From Candidatus Latescibacterota bacterium (GTDB lineage Bacteria; Latescibacterota; UBA2968), in the NCBI GenBank assembly GCA_965207885.1, contig OZ242311.1, positions 3,744,001 through 3,808,000 of the forward strand: DNA of 64,000 nucleotides. The letters are read 5' to 3'. Position numbers and translations under genes: made by a program. Position 1 is the stretch's first letter. The number at the start of each line of letters is the position of its first letter. The notes beneath the pieces are model-generated. The model worked only from the letters and a program-made list of their open reading frames with translations. It had not been told where the DNA came from and made no database searches. Below are positions 39,680 to 50,153 of the stretch, piece by piece.

Positions 39680-40267
39680 TCACCTTCCTAAAAACTTCGC
39701 TTTCCCATCATGACAAGTCTGGCACGTTGCGGACTTGCCCGTTTTAATATCCAATAAGCGATCCGTAAACTTCTCCATCATCATGCGTGCAACAACCTTA
39801 TTGGGCGTGGGCGTAACCGGATCGAGCCGGCCATCGCGCCTTCTCACATGGCAATAGTCGCATGCCTTCACACCCAATGCTTTCTGCATTTCTTTCATCA
39901 TCGCCACAATTTCTCCACGCGACATGCCCGCCAACCGCGAAGGCTTAGCTGCACTCGTATCGCGCACCACAAACCGCGCCGTACCCGTGTGGCAAAAAGC
40001 ACAATCAATTGATTTTCCCGCTGTTGTAATCAGACTATCCACAAAATGATGCTTCATATAAAGCGCTGTTTTCTTCAACGGGGATGGTGCTTTGTAATCG
40101 CGTTCACCTGCCTCATTCACAGACGGATGGCAATACTCGCATTTTACCCCCAGAGCTTTAGAAATCGCCTCCATACCCTCTTTGCTCGTATCCAGAACGT
40201 AGTGATCATCCGCGTGTATATCGGTCCAAAGCAATATAACTGCACAGCAAAAAACAAAGCGTCTCAC
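39680..40267 (-). CDS. Periplasmic tetraheme cytochrome c (PufC/CytoC_RC-like)
   Basis: Signal peptide; CEYCH, CAFCH, CDYCH, CQTCH; internal duplication. Confidence 0.85.
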   Translation of the reverse strand: MRRFVFCCAVILLWTDIHADDHYVLDTSKEGMEAISKALGVKCEYCHPSVNEAGERDYKAPSPLKKTALYMKHHFVDSLITTAGKSIDCAFCHTGTARFVVRDTSAAKPSRLAGMSRGEIVAMMKEMQKALGVKACDYCHVRRRDGRLDPVTPTPNKVVARMMMEKFTDRLLDIKTGKSATCQTCHDGKAKFLGR

Positions 40268-41622
40268 AAAGCCCCTCTCACGACTCGACCATCCACCCCA
40301 TCAGGACTTTCCAGCCCCAACAGAGCCATCATCGTAGGCAAAATATCCATCACCGTCGCGTCATCAGACGCCAAACCAGGCGCATTGGCAAACCACAGCG
40401 CATCATCGAAGGTATGCGTGCCATTCACCGGGCTGGATTCAAACAAAACGCGCTTTTCAAAACCGCCCTTCAAATCGTATCCCTGCGCAGGCACTGCCAT
40501 AAGATCGGGTGCCGCATCGAGGTCGTCACCAACAAATGCCTCTTCGCGCATCAACACGCGATCAATAACTGGTGTCCCACCATAGGGATCGCGAATTTCC
40601 ATCAGCGCATCTGCCACATCTCGCCGAACCTGCTCGTATTCAGCACCTGCCTGCACGCAACCCTCGCGCTCTCTGCCCTTTAGATTCACGTAAAATCGCC
40701 CGGGCAACAATGAATAACACCGCGTTCGGGGATCCAGGTCTCTCAACTGCTTTGGTTCAGACGATGCAAAAGACAACAGCCCCATCTGTTGCAGCCAAAA
40801 ATTCAAATGCACCTCGCGCTCTAAGGTACAAAAACCGTGATCCGACACAATCATAAACAGCGTATCGCTGTATAACCGCGAAACCAGTTCCCCAATGATC
40901 TCATCTACGCGCGCGTAAAACCGATTAAACCACGCAGTGTACGACGCATCGCCTTGCGTCACATCGCCCCAGAGAAAGTGGTGTAGCCGGTCGGTATCCA
41001 TAAAATGTGCCACAAATAAATCCCATGATTCCTGGGCGTAATACTTGAACATAGCCTCTGCACGTCGGTTGAGTGCCCAGAAGATCTCGTCGAGAAATTT
41101 CTGGCGATTTTCCCGCGCTTGCCAGGCGTCAATATCGATCAAATACCCCATGGATTCCAGTTCAGAAGCTATCGCAGGCGGATAGGTTGCCCGCTTCAAA
41201 TCGGGTGATAGAAAGCCCGAAATCAAGATACCATTGACTTTTCGTGGGGGAAAAGTAGTGGGCACACCCATAGAAAAAACCCGCTGTCCCATATTGCTAA
41301 ACAGATCAACCCACGTCCTGCTTCGCAACGTTCTCGAAGATGGAATAAACATCTCATACGTTTGGGGGACACGGTCAATAAATCCAAAGATCCCGTGCTT
41401 GCCCGGGTTGCAACCCGTCGCAATTGATGCCCAGGCAGTTGACGATACCGTAGGCAGCACCGACGTCATAGACATCAGAGACCCATGAACGATCAACTGC
41501 TGAAAATTGGGCATAATCCCCTCGGCAATCAAACGTTGCAACAGGCTATGTGGCATGCCATCCAAACCCAGAACAACGACGCGACTAAATTTGGCTCTAT
41601 TTCGCCGAAAAAAATTAAGCAT
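40264..41622 (-). CDS. Alkaline-phosphatase superfamily nucleotide pyrophosphatase/phosphodiesterase
   Basis: VLGLDG, TGCNPGKHGIFGF, DRLHH, SDHGF, NGTH. Confidence 0.88.
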   Translation of the reverse strand: MLNFFRRNRAKFSRVVVLGLDGMPHSLLQRLIAEGIMPNFQQLIVHGSLMSMTSVLPTVSSTAWASIATGCNPGKHGIFGFIDRVPQTYEMFIPSSRTLRSRTWVDLFSNMGQRVFSMGVPTTFPPRKVNGILISGFLSPDLKRATYPPAIASELESMGYLIDIDAWQARENRQKFLDEIFWALNRRAEAMFKYYAQESWDLFVAHFMDTDRLHHFLWGDVTQGDASYTAWFNRFYARVDEIIGELVSRLYSDTLFMIVSDHGFCTLEREVHLNFWLQQMGLLSFASSEPKQLRDLDPRTRCYSLLPGRFYVNLKGREREGCVQAGAEYEQVRRDVADALMEIRDPYGGTPVIDRVLMREEAFVGDDLDAAPDLMAVPAQGYDLKGGFEKRVLFESSPVNGTHTFDDALWFANAPGLASDDATVMDILPTMMALLGLESPDGVDGRVVRGAL

Positions 41623-41698
41623 CTATCTGCCTTAAAATAAAACAGGGCTTTTAACCCCTTGTATATAGAAGCTAAAAGCCCAAGACATAGTAAAAATA

Positions 41699-41776
41699 TG
41701 GGGTGAGTGAGGGGATTTGAACCCCCGACCTCCTGGGCCACAACCAGGCGCTCTGACCGACTGAGCTACACCCACC
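41699..41776 (-). tRNA. tRNA-His(GTG)
   Basis: Reverse complement gives G-1, CCTGG-TTGTGGC-CCAGG anticodon arm, C discriminator and CCA. Confidence 0.96.
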
Positions 41777-41791
41777 ACACAAAACGCAAAA

Positions 41792-41865
41792 CACTCCCGG
41801 CAGGGCTCGAACCTGCGACCTACTGCTTAGAAGGCAGTTGCTCTATCCAGCTGAGCTACGGGAGC
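41792..41865 (-). tRNA. tRNA-Arg(TCT)
   Basis: Reverse complement GCTCCCG...ACTGC-CTTCTAA-GCAGT...GGTTCGAGCC; CCA not encoded. Confidence 0.95.
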
Positions 41866-42180
41866 AAAAGATCCCGCCCTTGAGGATTCTTCAAGGGTTA
41901 AGCGAATACCAGATACATCCTATTTGAGAGCAAAATTATCATATTGATCAAAAAGTGTCAAGCAAAAGTAATGTCTCCTGCTCCTCCCCCTGTCTAAACC
42001 ACAATCCCTGGTCTGTCTTCGAAGATCCCTCGCCTGGCGGCAGACCCAGGCGATAAGTGGCAGATTTTGCACTTCATTTTGCTCCAAATTCCAATTTTTT
42101 TTGAACTTGACAACCATTCTTTCCCTGATGATATTTTGTTCAATATCCGATTCTTCACCCCAAAATTATTAGCCCACAGC

Positions 42181-42807
42181 ATGTCTAGAAAACGACTCAC
42201 ACAGGCCGAACGGCGCACCCAAATTATCGAAGTGGCAATGACGCTGTTCGCCACCAAAGGATTTACCGGTACCACCACGCGTGCCATTGCCCGCGCGGCA
42301 GATGTTTCGGAAGCCATTATCTTCAGGCATTTTGCAACCAAAGAAGACTTATACAATGCCATTATCACATACACAGTTGAAAAACGTTCAGAACAATGGA
42401 ATCAAGACACAATCCCTCCGCCAGACCCACGCAATATCGAACACCTCTTGCGCGATTTTGCCCAGACATTTGTCAATCGCAATCGCAGAGATCCGATATT
42501 CATACGCCTGATGATGTACAGCGCACTCGAAGATCACAAATTTCGAGAAAAATTTTTCACAATTTACAGCAACCCCCACATGCGATCCATTCACCAGGCC
42601 ATTCAAGCTGGTGTCGATCAGGGCCTGTTTCACACAGTTGATCCGGTTGCATCGCGTCGCTCTTTCTTCCATGCACTCTTGCAATACTGCATCAGCCGTT
42701 TTGTTGCGAGAAATGAAACCGATATGCCAGAACGCGATGACGCCATGATTGAAAATCTCGTGACAATTTTTGTGCGCGGACTGCGAATAGATAATCACAA
42801 AAGCTAA
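42181..42807 (+). CDS. TetR/AcrR family transcriptional regulator
   Basis: LFATKGFTGTTTRAIARAADVSEAIIFRHFATKEDL. Confidence 0.93.
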   Translation: MSRKRLTQAERRTQIIEVAMTLFATKGFTGTTTRAIARAADVSEAIIFRHFATKEDLYNAIITYTVEKRSEQWNQDTIPPPDPRNIEHLLRDFAQTFVNRNRRDPIFIRLMMYSALEDHKFREKFFTIYSNPHMRSIHQAIQAGVDQGLFHTVDPVASRRSFFHALLQYCISRFVARNETDMPERDDAMIENLVTIFVRGLRIDNHKS

Positions 42808-42814
42808 TCCTCTC

Positions 42815-44170
42815 ATGATCGATTTACGCTTTCTCGAAGAAGGCAAAGCAATCCGGGATCCCATTTGGGGTTATATCCACATACCGCCCGATTTTTTACC
42901 CATTGTTGATGCCGAAGAATTTCAACGCCTTCGCGATATATCACAACTCGGACACGTCTTGCTCGTGTATCCCGGAGCCCGCCACTCGCGTTTTGAACAC
43001 GCTTTAGGTGTGTTTCACATTGCGGGCCATTTCCTCAAGCAATTGCTCAAAACCCAGCCCCCTCCAGATATTGATATCGACGATGTGCGCGTACTTCTCG
43101 CGGCGAGTTTGTTGCACGACATCGGTCATTATCCCTTTTCGCATCTGCTCGAAGAAATGCAGATGTTTTTTATTGACCATGAAACGCGGGGGCGCTACAT
43201 CATTGAAGATCCAAGTACAGAAATTCATGCCGCGCTTCTCAAAGTGGGTATTGATCCCCAGCGCGTTGCAAATGTCATCGATTACCAGCAACGCACCATT
43301 CCCGACCGCGATATGCGCCTTGCCCACATTCTCAGCGGTACGCTCGATCCCGACAAAATTGACTATCTTCTGCGCGACGCGCGCTACTGCGGTGTCCCAT
43401 TTGGCGAGAGCGTGAATAGAGACCGCCTCCTATCCTCAATTACATACCATCACGCGACACAGCGACCAGCCATCACTTACAAAGGCGTATCTGCGGCTGA
43501 AGCTCTCATCTTTACCAGTTATCTGATGTATCGCAATGTTTATTGGCACCACGCGGTTCGCTCAGCCAATGCCATGTTCAAGCGCGGGATACAGGACCTT
43601 TTGGCGCATCCCAACTGTTCGCTGACGGAAAATGATTTTGACCGCGCCACCGAATCTGACCTGCTTCACCGTCTCGAAAAAGAACACACCGAACTCGAGA
43701 TCTCCTATCGAACCAGCCTGATTGGCCGTCTCAAAAGACGCAAACTCTTCAAAGTTGCCCGCATATTCTTTCCCCATGAATACGCGCACAACCTCATAAA
43801 TCTATTTCGTCGTCTCTATGACGCACCCGACCAGCGGCGGGAACTTGAGATGGCCTTTTGCACCCACCTTTCCTCAAAGCACAATCTCAACCTCTGCGGC
43901 GATGAAATACTCCTCGACATTCTCCAATTTGACAAAATTCCCGAAGTAGATCTCAAAGTTTTTTTTGACGCCCACATCCCCGTAGAAAAAACAGAACCCT
44001 TGAGCTTTGACGACCCGGAAGTTTCTTTGCTCAAAAATTATCTGATCGACAATTTTGAGGCACAGGCCAAAGTGGTGCGTATCTTCTGCGACGATATTCC
44101 CAATTTACGCCAGGCCGTGCGCGATGAAGCCTTCGCATTTCTGAAAAACTGGGGAACAGTCAGAGCTTGA
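42815..44170 (+). CDS. HD-domain phosphohydrolase (dNTPase/YdhJ-like)
   Basis: IRDPIWG, QRLR, HSRFEHALG, LLHDIGHYPFSH, DPDKIDYLLRD, VYWH. Confidence 0.92.
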   Translation: MIDLRFLEEGKAIRDPIWGYIHIPPDFLPIVDAEEFQRLRDISQLGHVLLVYPGARHSRFEHALGVFHIAGHFLKQLLKTQPPPDIDIDDVRVLLAASLLHDIGHYPFSHLLEEMQMFFIDHETRGRYIIEDPSTEIHAALLKVGIDPQRVANVIDYQQRTIPDRDMRLAHILSGTLDPDKIDYLLRDARYCGVPFGESVNRDRLLSSITYHHATQRPAITYKGVSAAEALIFTSYLMYRNVYWHHAVRSANAMFKRGIQDLLAHPNCSLTENDFDRATESDLLHRLEKEHTELEISYRTSLIGRLKRRKLFKVARIFFPHEYAHNLINLFRRLYDAPDQRRELEMAFCTHLSSKHNLNLCGDEILLDILQFDKIPEVDLKVFFDAHIPVEKTEPLSFDDPEVSLLKNYLIDNFEAQAKVVRIFCDDIPNLRQAVRDEAFAFLKNWGTVRA

Positions 44171-44305
44171 TAAAATGAGTAAAAAGTTATATATTGCTCA
44201 CTTCTAAATGTAGATTTACTTTACCTGGATTTATTGAAAATTGAAAGTTCTATATTCTCCCTCAGCCATAGATAAGTCACTCTCACCTTTACCTGGATTT
44301 TTTGC

Positions 44306-45232
44306 ATGAAAAAATATCTGACTTTAATGTTTATCTCCCACAATGAAGGTTATATCAAAGAATACCATCTCTCACGCCCCAAATTTATCGGCAGTATAAG
44401 TGCATTATGCCTACTCCTTTTTCTCTCACTCGGCTATGTAGCCACAATTGGCAAAAGGGAAAGACTCGCCGAACTCAAGGAGGAAAACACGGCACTCCAA
44501 CGCGAATTTGTCTTAATTCAAGAAGAATTGGAAAACATGCGCCACAACATGGACCAGCTACAGGAAAAAGATCGCATCATGCGCGCCTGGGTTGACCTGT
44601 CCGAACCGAGTGACGAAGTCCGTCAAATAGGTGTGGGGGGTGGAGATGCCATACTGCCAGAATGGGAAAATGCCGTCTCAGACGACGTCTCAGATCTTCT
44701 GACTTATAACCGCACCAATATGGATCAACTCTTGCGAGAAGCGCACTTTCTGAAAACCAGTTTTGATACGATTTTGACAGTACTCAGCAAAGACATCCAG
44801 ATGCGCCAGCACATACCTTCAATTACCCCTGTAAGAATGAAAAATCCGAGAATATCATCGGGATTTGGCTACCGTCGCGATCCATTCACCGGGCGTAGGC
44901 AATTTCACTTTGGTATCGATTATCCCGGTCGCAGGGGCACGCCTATTATCGCTGCAGCCGATGGGAAAATAGATAAAATTAACTATAATAATCGTTTGGG
45001 ATGGTATGTGATTATCGACCACGGCTATGGCTTACAAACGCTATACGGGCACCTCAATGGCAGGCCGTCTGGCAAGCAGGGTGATCGCGTCAAACGCGGT
45101 GAAAAGATTGGGGAGATGGGCAGAACAGGACGCTCAACAGCCCCACATCTCCACTACTCAGTCTACAAAAATGGCGATCCCGAAAATCCCAAACACTACA
45201 TCTTTGATCAAAAAACGCGCTCTTTGTTTTAA
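44306..45232 (+). CDS. M23 family metallopeptidase
   Basis: TM anchor, coiled coil, HFGID, YGHL, STAPHLHY. Confidence 0.92.
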   Translation: MKKYLTLMFISHNEGYIKEYHLSRPKFIGSISALCLLLFLSLGYVATIGKRERLAELKEENTALQREFVLIQEELENMRHNMDQLQEKDRIMRAWVDLSEPSDEVRQIGVGGGDAILPEWENAVSDDVSDLLTYNRTNMDQLLREAHFLKTSFDTILTVLSKDIQMRQHIPSITPVRMKNPRISSGFGYRRDPFTGRRQFHFGIDYPGRRGTPIIAAADGKIDKINYNNRLGWYVIIDHGYGLQTLYGHLNGRPSGKQGDRVKRGEKIGEMGRTGRSTAPHLHYSVYKNGDPENPKHYIFDQKTRSLF

Positions 45233-45250
45233 CGAATCAGAGGATAAACT

Positions 45251-46561
45251 ATGAGTTCCAGTACTCTTTCTGTTTACAGTTCGCTATCTGTCGCAACGGT
45301 CTGGTCTGGTCATCCCGTCGGATTTGATCTATTGACCCACGGCGATGTGCAATTTATCGCGTTTTACAATGCCGAGCGCAAAATGACCGTTGGAATGCGA
45401 AAGATAGATGAAGATGCCTGGATGTTTGCACACCCCGAAGGTCTATGGCTGGAGAATCGGGGCCGACTGTCATCGGAGACCGGATGGGACAGTCACAATT
45501 CACTGACCATGGCCATCGACGATGATGGCCATATTCATTTGTGCGGCAATATGCATGTGGATCCCTTGATTTATTTTCGCACAACGCGCCCACTCGATGT
45601 CACGAGTTTTGAACGCATAGACTTTATGGTCGGCAAAAATGAGGATCGCTGTACCTACCCCGTGTTTATGCGCGGTCCCAATAATGAATTGATTTTTCGA
45701 TTTCGAGATGGCAGGAGCGGCAATGGAGTCGATTTTTACAACGTCTATGATGTCCAGACAAAAACCTGGCACCGGATGCTCAGTACGCCATTGCTCGATG
45801 GGCTCGATCGCATGAATGCGTATGCGCGCCTGCCCGAAAAAGGGCCAGACGGGATTTATCACATGGTCTGGATCTGGCGCAATACACCCGATTGTGCGAC
45901 CAATCACAGTATTTCTTATGCACGCAGTCCAGATCTCATGTCCTGGGAAACAGGCGGCGGCAACGCACTAACTTTGCCAATTACAATAGAAAGTGGTGCC
46001 ACTATCGATCCCGTACCCCCAGGGGGTGGGTTGATCAATATGACGCAATCACTGGGTTTCGACGACCAGAAACGCGCCGTGATCAGCTATCACAAACACG
46101 ACGAAAATGGATACACACAAGCCTATTGTGCGCGTTTGGAAAATGGCGAGTGGGTATTTTACAAAGTGAGTGATTGGACCTATCGGTGGGAGTTTGGGGG
46201 CGGCGGCTCCATCGGTGCTGAAATTCGATTGGGCGGTATCCAGCCAGAGGCCGATGGGGGCCTCAGCATGAGCTATTGGCATATAAAAGAAGGCCAGGGA
46301 ATCTGGAAATTACATCCCCAAACTCTGCAAGTGGTCGGGACATACCCACCACCCGATAACGAGATCCCCGATGAATTAGAACAAGTGACATCTGATTATC
46401 CGGGCATGACTGTCAACCTACGCAGTGCTCGCGGCAATGGAACACGTCCCGGAGAGCAACACGTCTTGCGCTGGGAAACACTGGACCGCAACCGCGACAG
46501 ACCCAGAGAAAAAATCCCACCGCCGAGTGAATTGAGACTCTATATCCTTCGTAAAAAATAA
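45251..46561 (+). CDS. BNR repeat-containing (BNR_4-like) protein
   Basis: DSHN...IDDDGHIHLCGNMH, TYPVF, RDGRSGNG, YARSPDLMSW. Confidence 0.75.
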   Translation: MSSSTLSVYSSLSVATVWSGHPVGFDLLTHGDVQFIAFYNAERKMTVGMRKIDEDAWMFAHPEGLWLENRGRLSSETGWDSHNSLTMAIDDDGHIHLCGNMHVDPLIYFRTTRPLDVTSFERIDFMVGKNEDRCTYPVFMRGPNNELIFRFRDGRSGNGVDFYNVYDVQTKTWHRMLSTPLLDGLDRMNAYARLPEKGPDGIYHMVWIWRNTPDCATNHSISYARSPDLMSWETGGGNALTLPITIESGATIDPVPPGGGLINMTQSLGFDDQKRAVISYHKHDENGYTQAYCARLENGEWVFYKVSDWTYRWEFGGGGSIGAEIRLGGIQPEADGGLSMSYWHIKEGQGIWKLHPQTLQVVGTYPPPDNEIPDELEQVTSDYPGMTVNLRSARGNGTRPGEQHVLRWETLDRNRDRPREKIPPPSELRLYILRKK

Positions 46562-46597
46562 AAAAGCCCCTCGTTGAGTAATCACCGGGGGGCTTTA
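46562..46597 (+). terminator. Intrinsic terminator-like hairpin
   Basis: AAAGCCCCTCG/CGGGGGGCTTT. Confidence 0.6.
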
Positions 46598-46721
46598 ATT
46601 GTCGCCCGCTATTACACAACAGCAATGGTGGGACTTTTTTTATTTGGAGATAAAATTTCATAACTTATTTTTTATTTCTGCATATTGTTTCTCAATCGTA
46701 TTTACTAAAAAAGGAGACGAC

Positions 46722-47681
46722 ATGAGTTCTGATACATTTCGCGGGGTATTTACCATACCCTCAACGCCGTTTAAGCAAAATGGAGATGTCGATTGGGGCG
46801 ATCTCAAACGCGTGCTGGATTTTTGTATCACCTGCGGCGCGCACGGAATTGTCTGGCCCGTAAATGCCAGCAGTTTTCCCGTATTGACCGACCAGGAACG
46901 CCTGCACGGTATGCAGATGGTCGTAGAACACACCGCCGGACGCGTTCCAGTAATTCTCGGCGTTCAGGGGGCGAGTGGGCATCACGCGGTGATGTTCGCA
47001 CGGCACGCGCAGGCATTGGAAGCCGATGGTGTCATCGCAATGGCCCCTTATATAGAGCCAATTGAGGACGAAGATGCGATGGTACGCTATTATCGGGGAA
47101 TAGACCGCGAAGTGGATATGCCAATTTTTATACAAAATCACCTGCGGGGCAGCGAGTTGTCCATCGACACAGTGGTGCGCTTGATCAATGAAGTAGAACA
47201 CATAGAATACGTTAAGGAAGAGGTCTTCCCTCCAACGCACATGATTACGGGCTTAATCGAACAAGCAGGCCCCAAATTGAAAGGCGTATTTGGCGGAGCC
47301 AGCGGCCGCTATTTATTGCTCGAACATCCGCGCGGTGTAGCTGGACAAATGCCGGGCTGCCACATAACAGATGTCGTAGTGCGCCTGTGGAACGCCCTGG
47401 AAGCCGGAGATTTGAAAGAGGCAAAACGGGTATATGGCATCATGGCACCATTATTCGCGCTCGAGACAATAAAAGGCACAAATTATCCCGAAATACTGCG
47501 TCGCCGCCAGGTCATCAAAAGCTCGCACAGCCGTTTGACAACCCGTTTTCCAACTCAAGATGCGTACGATCACGCGGCACTCGACGATATTTTACGGGAT
47601 CTGGAACCGCTATTTACATGGAATGAAAAGCCACTGCTATACGGTCCCCCCGAATGGCTCAAAGATCAATGGACGGATTAA
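46722..47681 (+). CDS. Dihydrodipicolinate synthase (DapA/NAL) family protein
   Basis: TPF, GRVPVILG, IFIQN, YVKEE; AGGAG RBS. Confidence 0.85.
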   Translation: MSSDTFRGVFTIPSTPFKQNGDVDWGDLKRVLDFCITCGAHGIVWPVNASSFPVLTDQERLHGMQMVVEHTAGRVPVILGVQGASGHHAVMFARHAQALEADGVIAMAPYIEPIEDEDAMVRYYRGIDREVDMPIFIQNHLRGSELSIDTVVRLINEVEHIEYVKEEVFPPTHMITGLIEQAGPKLKGVFGGASGRYLLLEHPRGVAGQMPGCHITDVVVRLWNALEAGDLKEAKRVYGIMAPLFALETIKGTNYPEILRRRQVIKSSHSRLTTRFPTQDAYDHAALDDILRDLEPLFTWNEKPLLYGPPEWLKDQWTD

Positions 47682-47733
47682 ACCAGCCTTTGTAAATAAT
47701 CGCTCAATCTCCAATTTGTGACACGGAAATTTC

Positions 47734-50149
47734 ATGCATCTGAAATCATTGTCTCGATTGACAGTTTATTTTTTTGTCCTTTGGGGATCCATCTCAACCA
47801 GCATTGCTCAGGAAGTATCATTAGTGTCTCAGGACACGACGGCTGCTGGTCGCTGGAGCCTTATAGCCGGCACTGCTTTTTTGACCGCCGGTGAACGGCC
47901 TTACATAGACCGAGAAGGCAGCATGTGGTGGGGATACCAGGACAATGTCTTTGTGCTGAGGCAAAACCAGTTATCAAAGATAACCGTAGGATGGCCTGTG
48001 AACGCGATAGTGCAAGATTCAACGGGGGCCATGTGGTTTTTTGGACATCACAGCGATTCGCTCATTGTCTCGCGCTACGACGGCATTATACGGGAGATAA
48101 CGAAAACGCAAGTAAAGTGGAATTTGATTATGAGCCCTCCGGCAGTTGTAGATGGCAAAGGGCGATTTTGGATGCGTGCTCACCCCCTATATGAACGCAG
48201 ATCAAGTGGCGGCTATGGTATCTTTGAGTACACCAATAACCGCTGGGTTCACCACACAACTGAAGCAGGACTCAGGGACGACCGTATTTACGACTTGACC
48301 GTAGATCAAAAAGGCCACCTCTGGGCTGCGACTTACAGAAGTGCCAGCCAATACCGAGACGGGCAATGGCACAATTATGGTCGGGGAGACGGTTTAAGCA
48401 ATCAGAAAGTGTATCGAATTGCCATAGACAAAAATGGCGACATCTGGTGTACGCATGGCAATCGCGATGATATTTCCGTTTATGACGGTGATAAATGGCG
48501 CGTGATCAACACGAAATCCGGTATGCCTATTGGGAAAGTGCGGGCAGCACTTTGTGCGCGAGATGGCACCTTCTGGTTTGGTGTACACTATCACGATATT
48601 ACAGATCCAGAACAAAGCGGTCTGGTTCGGTTTGACGGGCAATCGTGGCTTGTGTTGACAGAAAGGGATGGATTACCGGGCAATCACGTTCTGAAAATTT
48701 TTGAACTGCTGGATGGCAAGCTGTTATTGCAGATTCGAAAACCAACATCGACGGTATTTGAGTCAGACACAACGCCGTTGCAAATTTCCAATCAATCACT
48801 TGTGGTATTTGAACCCGATACAACGCGATGGGCACGCGTTTCGGGATATGTTGAAAATCGAGATGGAACAGCTATAGATCACATGGCAGTGTCTCTCACA
48901 ACACCCAAAGGGCATGTAAAAGCGAGCACTGTGACCGATGCTCAGGGTTTTTACGAAATGAGGGTCTTACCCGGCAAATACAGGGTTCAATTACCGGATG
49001 CATGGGGCGGTAAACGCGACATAGTCGTAGCCCCTGGCGAGACTGTCAGTGGCGTGGATATTCGCCCCTTTTGGTTTATAAATTCGGAAACGCGCAATAC
49101 CGTTTTCGGACTTGTCTTTTTCTTCTTTATAGTTATGGTGCTCGTCGGCTTGCTCTATATCGTCATCCGCGCATTCGCTGTGCAGCCGCTCAAAGTGCCC
49201 GAACTGAGTGGTGAACACAACCCCCTCCGTCTTCGTTTTCACGGAAATGGAAGCAGTCTATTTGGTATTTTTGTAATCAATGTGTTGTTTACACTCCTCA
49301 CGCTCGGAGTGTATTATTTTTGGGGCAAGGCAAAAATTCGGCGTTATATGCACAGCCAAACAGAATTGCACAACAGCCGGTTCTCAAACCACACTACCGG
49401 CGGCGAACTCTGTATTGGCTGGATTAAAGCCATTATTTTAATCGTCACAATCGTATTAATTTCGGAAATACCCTCGTTTTTCTGGGAAGGTATGACGCAC
49501 GAGTGGATCACTATGCTCGCGTTTTACGGGCTTCTGCTTTTTGTATTTTTGCCACTGGCCATTGTGGGTTCCCTGCGTTTCAGGCTCAGCCGAACTTCTT
49601 ATCAGGGCATCCGTTTGTCCTTCAGGGGCAATAGCAAAACATTTTTCAAAATCTATTATATCGGGCTATTAAAAACAATATTCACCCTGGGGTTGTACTA
49701 TCCCTATTTTGAAACGAAGATTCGTCTATTCTTGACCAGGAGCGCGCAGTTTGGCACAGGGCGTTTTAAATTTTTCGGCACAGGGCGCAACCTATTCTGG
49801 TATTTTGTACTAAATTTGTTACTCACGCCTTTTACACTGGGTTTGTGCTGGTATTGGTACACGGCACTCAAGACGCGCTACTACTGGTCTTGCACGACAT
49901 TCGAAGGCACTTCATTTCATTCGACTGTTGTCGGCAGTCGCCTTCTGTTGCTAAAGGTCGAAAATTTTATTTTACTCGTCATTTCCCTGGGCCTGGCCCT
50001 GGGTTGCGGTTCGCAATAACAGATTTTTGTGCGACTATCTCGTTTTGTCCGACCCACCGGATTTTTCCAGTATTGCCCAGGACTTTTCAGACGCCGGAGC
50101 AACGGGCGAAGGCTTGAGCGATTATCTGGATTTTGAATTTGAGTTTTAG
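47734..50149 (+). pseudogene. Beta-propeller + carboxypeptidase-regulatory-like + YjgN/DUF898 fusion protein, frameshifted near 49995 (main frame stops at 50019)
   Basis: Propeller repeats (GL.D..IYDL..D..G.LW), VTDAQGFYEM, YjgN FHGNG..LFGIF..N.LFTLLTLGVYYFW; the YjgN-type C-terminus continues in the +1 frame to 50149. Confidence 0.7.
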
Positions 50150-50153
50150 AACT

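Noticed and set aside
41972-42066. HDV-like ribozyme, tRNA-Sec or SRP RNA assignment
   Set aside because: No P3/L3 core, cloverleaf or SRP helix-8 motif could be identified; kept only as an unassigned structured candidate
42815-44170. HD dNTPase as an antiphage nucleotide-depletion system
   Set aside because: Resembles the widespread housekeeping YdhJ-like family, has typical composition and has no defence context
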